64,000 nucleotides of DNA from Eledone cirrhosa (Eukaryota), in contig OZ024740.1 of NCBI GenBank assembly GCA_964016885.1, positions 110,112,001 to 110,176,000 on the forward strand. The letters run 5' to 3'. Of this stretch, positions 26,723 through 37,763 are shown piece by piece. The position numbers and the translations under genes were made by a program. Each line of letters opens with the position of its first letter. Position 1 is the stretch's first letter. Under the pieces are notes generated by a model that worked only from the letters and a program-made list of their open reading frames with translations, made no database searches and had not been told where the DNA came from.

Positions 26723-27358
26723 TTCTTGCTCTATATCTCTTTCTCACACTCTTTCACTGGATAAAATTAGGTATGTTTTGAACTGGAGAGGGATAGGTTC
26801 TGCCAAGTTTAAAGTGCCCAAGGCATGCTATATATCATGACTCAATCAGGAGTTAAGGGTCCGTAAATACATTATATAGTATCATGTGGCTTTTACTGAT
26901 GTAATCAGTTGGACTAAAGAGTTACTCAAAACTCTACAGTAGATCTTGAATGACACTGATCATTGGCCTGGAGTTAAACATCAACAACAAACCAAACTAT
27001 ATGATAGGTGAACTATATGACTATGTGATACAGCAAAACTTCTGAGTTTAAACACTGTCAAACTGAGCTATTATTTTTGTTTTGTAGATCTGGAAGAAAG
27101 GGAAATGCCCATGGTTTTCAGTGGCTCTCTGAGACTGGAGAGATTCGTGCTGTTACTCCTTCCATTACCATATACCTAATGAAATACTTTCTATTTTAAG
27201 TAATTAATGAAGAATTTGGGAAATATTTACTAAAATAATAATTTCATTAAGATGGTGTATGTAACCTTTCACAATGTTCTCATATAAAATCACACCAGTA
27301 GGTTTTAATCTAAGTTTGAACCCTTTAACCCTTTAGCATTTACATTACTCTATATTTA

Positions 27359-28226
27359 CTACTAGCAGTGGTACCCGGTGTTGCACGGGATAAGGTATTT
27401 TGGAAGGCAGGCCGCCAACAGTCCTAATCGTGGAAAAACTGCATGCCTGGACAATATGTAAAGAAAATAAACTGAATACTCTGATGGCTGGATAATCTTT
27501 AAGATTTTCCTCGATGAAGCAGGAAAAATGCAGGTTTTCACCTAATGCGGGCCCTAGTGGATCAAGAAAATGAATTTTTTTTATGTGCATAATATGCCTT
27601 GAAATTTTGGGAAAATCGGCTAGACGTAACGCCTCAAAAAAGCCCTAAAGAGCTGAAAAAAATGAAGTTTTTCACCTAATGCGGGCCCTAGGCCATAAAA
27701 AAGTTGGATTTTCTTTGCTCACGGTATGAAGAAGAGACTGACTAATAGATAGTTACAATTTCAAGGAAATCGGTCTGACGTAACGCCTCAAAAAACCCCT
27801 AAACTGCTTAAAAAACGCAGTTTTTCACCTAATGCGGGCCCTGAAACATAAATAACACATATGTAAAGTTTGCAAAAAACCGGTTGGGTACTTCTCGAGT
27901 TTTAGGGATTCAAACTCTCAGACATCCTCAGGGAAGTGACGTAATGCAGACAGCCAGACATACAGAGATATTATAAGGGCGCGACGTTATATGTATGTAT
28001 CTATCTAAAAAGAGAAAGACTAAGAATTATAGAGAGAGATCTCTAAATCGCCTAATGTGGTCCCTAGGGCATGGGAAATTTGAAAATATTTTTGCTCAGA
28101 CCACTCCCTGAAACATAAGTATTACACGTGTAAAGTTTGAAAACAGTCAGTTGGGTGGTTCTCGATTTTTTGGGATTCAAACTCAAACACACACACACAC
28201 AGACATCCTCAGTTTTATATATATAG
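27359..28226 (+). mobile_element. Non-autonomous Helentron/DINE-1-like element
   Basis: Starts actagcagtggtacccggtgttgcacggg (subterminal hairpin), carries internal tandem ttttcacctaatgcgggccct modules, and ends cagacatcctcagttttatatatatag. No target-site duplication seen. Confidence 0.6.
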
Positions 28227-28672
28227 ACTAGCAGAAAACCACCCGATGGGTGGTTTTCTTCTAGTCAATATATATTTAACACACACACAAACACACACAC
28301 ACATACATATATATATATACACCCATGTTCATATTTTGAGATGCATTATTCTCAAATCAGATTATTATCTCTGACAGGAAGAACCAGTTTATAATTTTTA
28401 AGAACAATTAAGCATACAGACATATTTTAGGAAACTTATGAATTCCTGTACACACACACACACAAACACTTACACAGATACACACAGACACACGCACAGA
28501 CAGACATACACGCATACAGACACATACGCTAACACACACATACCATACACACACTCATACATACGCACATATGCACACACGCTAACACACACATACACAC
28601 TTAAACCTATATATATGTATATATAGAGAGAGAGACACACATAATATACATATATATATATATTATATATAT

Positions 28673-30324
28673 ATATCTTTAAGTCGTCTGGAAGCCTCGA
28701 CAATGCAAATGGGTAAATCTCCGGGTAACAAGATCCGGTGGTGGAGAGAGAGATGTAAGTGGGTGTACGTTGAGATGCGTGGTGTGTATAAGATGTGTAG
28801 AGGAATGAAGGAAAGAGTATAAAGGATAAAATAAAAATAACAACACGAGAGTTACCTTGGGAGAGATTTAATAGTCCCTATATATTTCGGATTCACATCC
28901 ATCAACTGGGGGTTTTTCCGGGGTGGGGGAAAGGTTGTCTGTCGGACAGGTGCGAAACGCGTCCTCCGTTGTTTGTTGTTTTGAATATCTGAGGTATTCG
29001 GCACAGCGCGCGTGCGCGTGAAATGGGGTCGGTCGGGCAAAGGTCAGCGGCCAAATGAGGGAGTGGGGTGGCGCTAGCTGTCAGTCCATTCTCTGCCTGT
29101 TTGTTAAATGTTACTGTGTGTGTGTGTGCGTGTGTTGTTGTCTCGCTTGAGTGTGTGTGTGTGTGTGTGTGCGTGTGTTGTTGCCTTGTTCCTCTGTATT
29201 GGCAGTGTAGTATGTTCGTATGGTGGAATGCTACTGTGTGTGTGTGCGTGTGTGTGTGTAGTTGTCTCGTTTGTGTGTGTGTGCATGTGTTGCTGCATCG
29301 TTTGTTAGCTTAAACCAGCCATCTCATTTCGCTTCTCTCTGATTGGTTGTTTATTTGCGGTTGCAGGCCTTTGATAAAAAGCGCTTCCTTGATACGTAAC
29401 GTGCCGCCGTTTCTTTCAGTCGCTAGAATTGTGACAATGGACCTTCCATCTTTGTTTCCGCATTTGTCTATGTGTTTCCGGAAAGACGAGGCCCTGGTTT
29501 TAGTGTGTTCCTTGATCCGGATGTGCAAAGGTCGGATTGTGCTACCTATGTAGTATTGGTTGCACCTGTCACATTCTATCTTATACACGACGTATGTGCG
29601 TAGGCAACAGTTCGCATGGCGTATCGGGCAGTCTCTGAGGGAGCATGCGTCAGTAGATTTCCCGGGTTTCCTGGAGAGGCACCTTCGCAGGGAGGGGTCC
29701 AAGTGGGCCAGGTGGATGTCGAGGCCCTCCCTCCGTATAGCCTTGCGGATAGCGTTGGTGGTATTCTCGCCCAGGTGTGGCATTTTAAGGAAGCACTTGC
29801 CTTGGGTGCCTCTCTGTCTCTTGCGTCTGGTGTCTCCTATTCTGTCTGTGATCGAGGTAGGGCACCCGTTCGTCTCCAGCACCTCGAGGAATCGCTTGGT
29901 ATGAGTGACACCACTCGCAGGATCGCTGCATCTGTTTTTGATTTGCGCGATCTCGTTCGTGATGTATCCTCTTTTGGCACTGTTAGGGAGGGCGGACTTG
30001 TAGTGAACGAACAGGTCCCTGCAGGCTGCTTTTCGATAGAAGTTGCAGTGGATCCTTCCCTGTTCCGTGATGTTGATTCGGAAGTCGAGTTGATGGATGT
30101 GAATCCGAAATATATAGGGACTATTAAATCTCTCCCAAGGTAACTCTCTCGTGTTGTTATTTTTATTTTATCCTTTATACTCTTTCCTTCATTCTTCTAC
30201 ACATCTCATACACACCACACATCTCAACGTACACTCACTTACATCTCTCTCTCCACCACCGGATCTTGTTACCCGGAGATTTACCCATTTGCATTGTCGA
30301 GGCTTCCAAACGACTTAAAGATAT
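28673..30324 (-). mobile_element. 5'-truncated Penelope-like retroelement with inverted terminal repeats
   Basis: ~235-bp inverted repeats (28673-28908 / 30088-30324) flank a minus-strand RT-thumb plus GIY-YIG ORF. Confidence 0.9.
29310..30085 (-). pseudogene. Penelope-like ORF fragment: RT C-terminus plus GIY-YIG endonuclease
   Basis: LDFRINI...FYRK...FVHYKSALP (RT thumb) continues in frame into VVYKIECDRCNQYYIGSTIRPLHIRIKEH...LRIKEALFIKGLQPQINNQ. Confidence 0.88.
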
Positions 30325-30559
30325 TTACTTATTATTCCACAATGCTTCAAGCAAACTTCAATACTCTCTTATATATATTATATATACACACACACACATA
30401 TAACACACACCCATATATAAAACACACACACGCATACACACACACATATAACACACACACACATATATATATATATATAACACACACACGCACACACATA
30501 CACACACACATATAATACACACACACACACGCATACACACACATATAACACACACACAC

Positions 30560-31556
30560 ATATATATATATATTATATGTTCAGCCCCAGTGAGTTGGTT
30601 AAAACAGCAAAAGCCAGTCTTAAAGTTGTCGTCTGTAAATTCAAAGAACTCGGCTGTGTCTGGCTAGATCTCCATGGTAACTACTCCAAGGTCGCGCGTG
30701 CCATGGCTGGGAACGCAGGTGTCACGTGCTGGCCTAGAACGCTGGTTGTTGGAATCAGTGGTCGACGACAGGGCGTGAGAGGGGAGAGAAAGAAAGGCAG
30801 AGGTGAAGTGACGAAGTGACTCTCTCTTCCTCCTCCTCCTCCATCTCCCCATTCGTCACAGCGATAGAGGGGAGGAATGTTAGTGTGTTATAAAGAGTGA
30901 GAGTGAGAGAAACAGACAGACTAAAAGAGAGGGATAGCTGGAGAGAGAGAGAGATAGCAACCACGCGCACACGTGTTTCCACTGTCGGACAGACAGACAG
31001 ACAGAGAAATTGCTGGTTATATATATAAGTAGACTAGCAGAAATCCACGCGGTGGGCGGTTTTCTGCTAGTCTATATATCTAAAACAGAGAATGTCTGTC
31101 TGTCTGTCAGCTCACTAAAATTTGAGAACCATCCAACCGATTGTTTTCAAACTTTAGACATGTAATACTTATGGTCCTGTGAGTGTTTTGAGCAAAAATT
31201 ATTTCAAATTTTCAATGCCCTAGGGACCGCATTAGGCGATTTAGCGTTCTCTCTATATAATTCCTAGTCTTTCTTTTTAGATAGATACATAGATATAACG
31301 TTGCGCCCTTATAATATCTGTCTGTATGTCTGGCTGTCTGCATTACGTCATTATGACGCGCTCAGTGTGTGTGTGTATATATATATGTATCGTAATGCAG
31401 ACAGCAAGACATAGCTTTCCTTCCCCTCTTCCAGCGTCTCTCTCTCTCCCTCCCGCTATCCCCCTCTTGTAGTCTGTCTCTTTCTTTCACTCTCACTCTC
31501 TCTCTATGCGTCGGACAGACAGACAGAGAAATTGCTGGTTATATATTATAAGGAGA
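30560..31556. mobile_element. Cluster of Helentron/DINE-1-like fragments
   Basis: Two copies of gtcg(gaca)n gagaaattgctggttatata (30984-31029 and 31510-31551). 31075-31352 is an inverted copy of 27935-28226. Confidence 0.55.
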
Positions 31557-32104
31557 TTACATTTTCACAGTAAAGGCTTTACCTCACATGGTATCAAATC
31601 TATGAGATTTTGATACTATTCATTTTGAGAACAATACCTTAACATCAGTATGAGTGGCCAGTTATGGCTGGTTTGAACAGAAAGAGGTGACAGAATTCTG
31701 GTTGGATACAGCCAGTTTAAATGCTAAAGGGTTAAAATGGGCAATTTTGTTTGATAGAAAGAAAGGTGAATGGGGTAGGTCAGTATAAAAAGTGTTGATG
31801 TTCTGTTTAAGCTGTTGTAGTACCACTCCTTTTGGAAAGATATGAACAGGAGTGGAATTCTACTAGAGAAACAGCATTCTGGACAGGAAAGAATGGGTAT
31901 AGTGGTTAGTGTGGGGACTGTGAAGTTGGACACAACATGAGGAGGAGAGACAAGAGAGTCAGGAGGCAGTATGAGGCCAATCTGTATGTTCATTTTATAT
32001 CCTTCACAGCTATGAAAAACACTAAACCAAAACACACAACTATCATCAAGCCAGTGAAATAACTATAGCACCAGACCAAAACCATTGACATAATTTAAAT
32101 AGGC

Positions 32105-32290
32105 TCTGGTGGCAGAATATTTAGAGCATATGGTATTTAGTTATGGCTCTTTATGTTCTGAGTTCAAATCCCCACAAAGTCAAATTTCCCTATCATGTTT
32201 TAAGCTTCAATAAAAATAAAAAGACATTCAGGTACTGATGTTAGTTAACTCCACAAAATATATGACCTTGTAGATAAGTAGAAACCATGA
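32105..32290 (+). mobile_element. Degenerate SINE
   Basis: ggcagaat...ttctgagttcaaatccc...agtcaaatttccctatcat...agtagaaacc. Confidence 0.55.
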
Positions 32291-32807
32291 TTTAAGGGGT
32301 TTCTGATTTAGAACACACATTTACATAACCAGCAAATAACCAGGCCACTGCTAACTGCCTGTGATTTAACTAATAGATGCACATATAGAATTTAGGGTTA
32401 GAGTTCAAGTTTAAAATTAGAGTTTAAGGCTACATAACATGTTTCAATTTGAAATGTGGAGTAATAACAAAGAAGCACTTTAATTTCTATTCTAATTATC
32501 ATTCATCTGGTTTGAATGGTGTTTAAACCTTTTGCTATCAACTAGTTGGGCTTCTATGAAACAAAATTACCTATTTTAAAGAGTTCTTATTTAAATTAAA
32601 CTTTTAAACAAAACTTTATATAAGAATCATATAAGTTACTATCTTAGTAATAATTAATAATTTCAGTAAATTTCTCAAAATTCTTCACTAATTAATTGAA
32701 AGGGTTAATTATTTAACAACATTTTGTGAACTGCCATTTTTGGATTTTGCAAAATATTACGTGCATTTTAGTTTCTTACAATTTGTGGCAGTCCTTCATT
32801 ATCAAGA

Positions 32808-32990
32808 TTGGCAGTATTGGTAGAGAGTCGGACACCATGCTTTGCAGCACGGAGTTACGGCCCTTTGTGGTCTGAGTTCAAATCCCGCTGACGTTAACTT
32901 TGTCTTTCATCCTTACGGGGTCGATAAAATAAAGTACCAGTAATGCACTGGGGTAATTGCTGGCCTTGTGCCAACAGTAGAAACAATTAT
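32808..32990 (+). mobile_element. SINE (tRNA-derived head; abundant family in this window)
   Basis: B-box GAGTTCAAATCC followed by aactttgtctttcatccttacggggtcgataaaataaagtaccag. Near-identical core at 34665-34885. Confidence 0.75.
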
Positions 32991-33174
32991 TAAGAGAGCG
33001 GGCTGAAAAGTTTATAGGCTGACTGAAGGAGTGATGTTAAATCTGTGAAACCTTGCCTGCCTTAATTTCAACTACATTGTTTCTTTCCGGGGACTATGTT
33101 GAAAAATAAACCTCATTTGGTCATTCCATGAGAGTATCTCGGTCAGCTTATGGACTTTCCTGCTGACCCTCTTA
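32991..33174. mobile_element. mariner-like MITE
   Basis: Imperfect TIRs taagagagcgggctgaaaagtttataggctgac / gtcagcttatggactttcctgctgaccctctta, TA-flanked. Confidence 0.6.
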
Positions 33175-34482
33175 TATAGCATTTAAAAATTGAAACAAAC
33201 ACTACTCTAACCCTAACAAACTGTAACATTAATTCTAACTCAAAGACGGATGTGGCCAAACAGGTATTTAGTCCATGCCTAGTGAATTGTTTAGCTGAGT
33301 AAAAGGAAAAAAAAAACCCAACAAAACGTCATGAAAACCTTAAGTCATAGCCGCTGCACAAAAACTGAAACCAAAATCCTTAATTGAACAGTGAAAAGGC
33401 ACCTGTGGTTCTCACCAGTCTGTTAGTCAGAGTCGCTAGGACAGGTTGTAAGACTCGGTCAACTTCTGCCCTAACAATGGCAGAGGTAATAAGGAAGAAA
33501 CGCCAGCATAACAACAATTTATTGACTCACCACTCGATTTCGTTTCCTCGTAACTTTCTTTAAAAAGCCTTGAGTGAAATAGGGTGGACGGAAACTATGA
33601 GGGAGGCAACCGGAGGGCTGTAGCTGTAATTCAATGCTCAACCTAGTCACAGTGCCATGCTATTTCGGTTTGTGAATTACATTAAGAATACACTGTTAAT
33701 TTTCCTGACATTTGTACATTATTCTATGTACTATACATGCACCTTTGATGAGTTGTAGTGCACCTGAGCACTGTACACAATAATTTCATTATTATTATTA
33801 TTATTATTATTACACGTGTCTGTGGAATACTTCAACACACATACGTTAATTTACCAATCTATCGTTCAGTTGACCGAATAATAGATTGTTTCAATGTCGA
33901 AACCGATGGAAGATACATTATCATCACCATTAATTATTATGCCAATATGCCGCCTTTAAAGAAAGGTAATGATAAATAAGAGTTGATGCGTTCAATAACC
34001 GGTGCCGGTGACAATAACATTTTAACAGAAATTAGTGTCAACAATGTTTGTTTTTTTAAATCAAATGTGTATATTTTATACGCCAAACATATTTTTAAAG
34101 GAGGTGAAATAAAGAAGAAAAGAACAAATAAGATATAATTTTATAATTTTAGAAATGGTCCGTCGCACTGTTTAATACGAGCACTCAGCCTCTATAGGAA
34201 GACACAATCTGGCTAGAATTGAGACCAGGTCTTTGGTTTGAGAATGCTTTCCCTATTCCTTTCTACCAGTCTCGGAGACCCTGAAAAGGGTCATGGGTCC
34301 TTTCCTCCCTCGTTAAACATAACAAACTTCTTAATGTTAGCAGTGGGAATGTTTGTAAACATTGTTTAACAAAAGTTATTGTCTAATTACATAACAATTT
34401 AATAAAGATAGTAGAATAATATCCAGATATTAATTAACTAATGAGAATAATGACAATACAATATATATATATATTTACTTAC

Positions 34483-34546
34483 CAGCAGCATCGGCAACAA
34501 GGGAGCCGACAACTGCTCCAATACGACGTTCAATTACGGTCGCCAT
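34483..34546 (-). CDS. SelJ/J1-crystallin family gene, coding exon 1 (start codon)
   Basis: gtcATGG context, 64 nt, translating MATVIERRIGAVVGSLVADAA, then G|gtaagt donor. RxxGAxxGxxVADA is the N-terminal helix of ADP-ribosylglycohydrolase-fold proteins and joins exon 2 in frame (ADAAVQPIHW). Confidence 0.9.
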
Positions 34547-34664
34547 GACGCGCTTACTGGGTTGTATGCAATACCAGGGGATATAACTCAACCAGGACTT
34601 TCATAGAAGGGAGGTAAGATTGTCCTTTCTCTTCCCCACTAAATAAAATGTGTGTGTATTATTA

Positions 34665-34885
34665 AGCCGAGGTTGACTTTGCCTTTCATCCTTACGGGGT
34701 CGATAAAATAAAGTACCAGTAATGCACTGGGTAATTGCTGGCCTTGTGCCTAAAGTAGAAACAATTATTAAGCAAAGTTAACGCCGAGGTTAACTTTGCC
34801 TTTCATCCTTACGGGGTCGATAAAATAAAGTACCAGTAATAAACTGGTTTAATTGCTGGCCTTGTGCCAAAAATAGAAACAATCA
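34665..34885 (+). mobile_element. Two tandem partial SINE copies just upstream of the start codon
   Basis: gccgaggtt(g/a)actttgcctttcatccttacggggtcgataaaataaagtaccagtaat...gctggccttgtgcc...tagaaacaat occurs twice. Confidence 0.75.
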
Positions 34886-34968
34886 TTTATCTTCAGGTTA
34901 ACCACTATGTTTGAAGCATAGTGTATATAGGATTACTTTATCTAAAGTGTCCTTTGTAGACAGTAGGG

Positions 34969-35331
34969 CAGGGCCTTTCTTCCAATTATACGCCATAATA
35001 GAATGATTTCAACTAACAATTTAGCAAGCTAATAAACCTAACATTTGACACCTATTGTTCTGACAAAAAAAAAAAAAAAATTAATAAACAACTCTGCATT
35101 TTTTTGCTACAGAGTCTACATTTATCCACGCTAAATCATGTAACACCAACGACCCTCTCCACCGCTTTCGATACAATGCTGCTACTCGGCAAAGATATTT
35201 ATTGATCACAGGAAATTATATATATTTGTCTAAAATTGAAAACTGTCATCTTTTACGGTTCAGTAATGCACCCCTGTGAAGTCTGCACCCTAGGTGGTTG
35301 TCAAGATGACCTCATGATAACGCCACCCCTG
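34969..35331. mobile_element. hAT-type MITE
   Basis: CAGGG...CCCTG termini with a perfect 8-bp target-site duplication CAGTAGGG (34961-34968 and 35332-35339). Confidence 0.8.
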
Positions 35332-35748
35332 CAGTAGGGTATGATATGAGGGATAATTAGCTGCTATATCTAGGAAATTGAATGACCACATAAAAGATTT
35401 ATCGTTGGTTTGTACTATAGAGGAAGCCGTGTATTTGTGATCGTTGGTTTGTAGTATAGAGGGTGTAATGTATTTGCCAATTACTTGCCAATTAACTGGA
35501 TGGCTTTTGGGGAGGGTGATGTCTAGGATGCATTTCTATGCAGAAACAACAGAATACACTGGAATGAAACGGACCTGCATCGGTTTTCGACGATGAGTGT
35601 TTCAGTTGTTCAATCATAGGAACTTCTTGCTCTTGAAATTAAAATGTAAGTGGATAAACATTCCAGTGACAAATTACATTTAACTTAATTCTCAGGGAGA
35701 TTCAGCGTGACACATTGTGTGATTTAACTGACTTTTTGAATTACAAGT

Positions 35749-36012
35749 ACACGGGGCGGTAGAATTGGGAGTCCACGGGGTGCTATCCCCCCCCCCCCCC
35801 CACCACCAATAATTATATTTTTCTCCCCAAACTACCAAAACACACATCTATTTGTATATGCGCTACAATTTATGTACATGCTATGTTTATCGCATATCGA
35901 AGTGTTTTATATCTTGGTTGATATTTGATAATAACAGCTAAACTAATCACTAATTGACCAAATTTGACCCCCCCCCCCTCCCTCCCATTCAGAAATAGTT
36001 CCACCGCATCTG
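35749..36012. mobile_element. Possible hAT-like MITE inserted in a SINE-like repeat
   Basis: Degenerate ends cggggcggtagaa / ttccaccgcatctg with subterminal poly-C tracts. Confidence 0.4.
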
Positions 36013-36354
36013 GTGCAGTCCATCTGACGGGCTTTCAAACAGTTTCCATCTATCGAATTTTACTCAGAAGGCACGGGTGGACCCCAAGCAATGGTAAATG
36101 ACATCTGCCAAAGATACCATTCAGTGGGATCGAACTTAACCATTCGGCCACCCTGCTGTATCAATAAGGCTTATATTACATGGAAGCAATGCCCTATTAA
36201 GAGCCTCACTTGCGCTTTATAGAAAATCTACAGTTGATAATGTCTGGAGTAGTTTCTCTTCCCGAAGTGGTAAGCTTGATTTTGTGATGCAGTTAATAGC
36301 TACGTTACTCGTGTAGACTCGACAGAAAAGGTCAGCAGTAGTCGTAAGACCTAA

Positions 36355-36570
36355 CATCTATAGTGTTCGTAGCGACGGTAGTGACTCTTTGACATCTGTA
36401 GCGACTGCATGACATATGTAGTATTTGTGGCATCTGATTGACTGTATGGTATCTGTCGCCTCTGTAGTGACTGTATGGTATATGTCGCCCCTGTAGTGAC
36501 TGTATGACCACTGTAGCATCTGTAGTGATTGCAAGCCCCCTGTAGCGTTTGTAGTGACTGTATAACACTT
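36355..36570. repeat. Degenerate ~20-bp minisatellite (left part)
   Basis: Repeated catctgtagcgac / ctgtagtgactgta motifs. Confidence 0.65.
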
Positions 36571-37085
36571 GTTTATTAAATTTTTTGTGTGTTAGTATGA
36601 AAAGTAGAAGACGTTGAAGAAAGGATAAACACAAATATTACAACTCTTCATTTACAATGTAAATATTTATCACTTTAATAATGGAAATATTATTGCTTCG
36701 AATCGTAAACAATGTCTATGCAGTTGATACTATAGAATGTTAAATACAAAATACCTGTGTGTGTAGTCAGCTTTTGCTGTTTTTGAGATAGTTTTTCAAA
36801 ACATGACCTGACAGTGAGTGCCCAGAGACCATTAGAGGGATGAACGCCATAAGAGAATGAAAATGGGCTTAAAATACCCGTATATTTTCCCAATAGCTTC
36901 TTCCGTTTCTAATATTAGTGCTATTTTAGTCTGCAGTTCAAAATCCAGTTTTACCTTTGATAATTTCATTACATTACTTCCCGGCTCAGATTGCTGAGAA
37001 AACAAACAATCGATAAAAAAGAAGAGGTAGCGCAAGAGAGGACTAATGAATGGTTCAAGGTTCAAACTCAGATAGAAACCTGCTA

Positions 37086-37500
37086 CACATCTATAGCATC
37101 AGTAACGACTGTGAAACATGTAGTGACTGTGATGACTGTATAACATCTATAACATCTGTAGCGACAGTGAGACATATGTAGTGACGGTGAGGCATCTATA
37201 GTGACTGAGACATCTGTAGCGACGGTGAGACATCTGTAGCGACGGTGAGACATCTGTAGCGACAGTGAGACATGTGTAGCGACGGTGAGACATCTGTAGT
37301 GATTGTGAGACATCTGTGGTGACTGTCAGACATCTATAACGTCCGTGCGACATCTGCAACGGCTGTGAGATATCTGTAGAGAATGTTTGATTTCTGTAGT
37401 GACTGAGATATCTGTAGCGACTATGAAACATCTGTAATGTTTGTGAAACATCTGTAGCAACTGTGAGACATTTTTGGTGACCGTGAGACATCAGCAACTG
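37086..37500. repeat. 20-bp minisatellite ACATCTGTAGCGACGGTGAG
   Basis: About 20 tandem copies, the best conserved at 37210-37300. Confidence 0.9.
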
Positions 37501-37722
37501 TAAACGTTTTAACTGCTTGTTAAGCAGGACTATGCATGATTACATACAAAACTGCTTCCTTCATATGTACAGGGTTAATATGTCGTCGTTAGGCAATGCT
37601 TTCAGTCTCTGTTTACTGTATATACGTGTGTATACGTCGCATCTTTTCCATAATAAACTAGTACGCGACTTATCTATTGGATCTACTAAACGATAATTCA
37701 AAATATAAGGTATGTTGTATGG

Positions 37723-37763
<41 letters not shown>

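Larger units (their letters stand above)
27329..31731. mobile_element. piggyBac-like MITE split by a ~4.2 kb nested insertion
   Basis: TTAA|ccctttagcatttacattactctatatttact (27329-27360) and 31557-31731 ending aatgctaaaggg|TTAA. Joined, they align to the intact copy at 7801-8021. Confidence 0.8.

Noticed and set aside
28438-30561. HT/CV/YI-rich ORFs
   Set aside because: Translations of (CA)n/(TA)n microsatellites.
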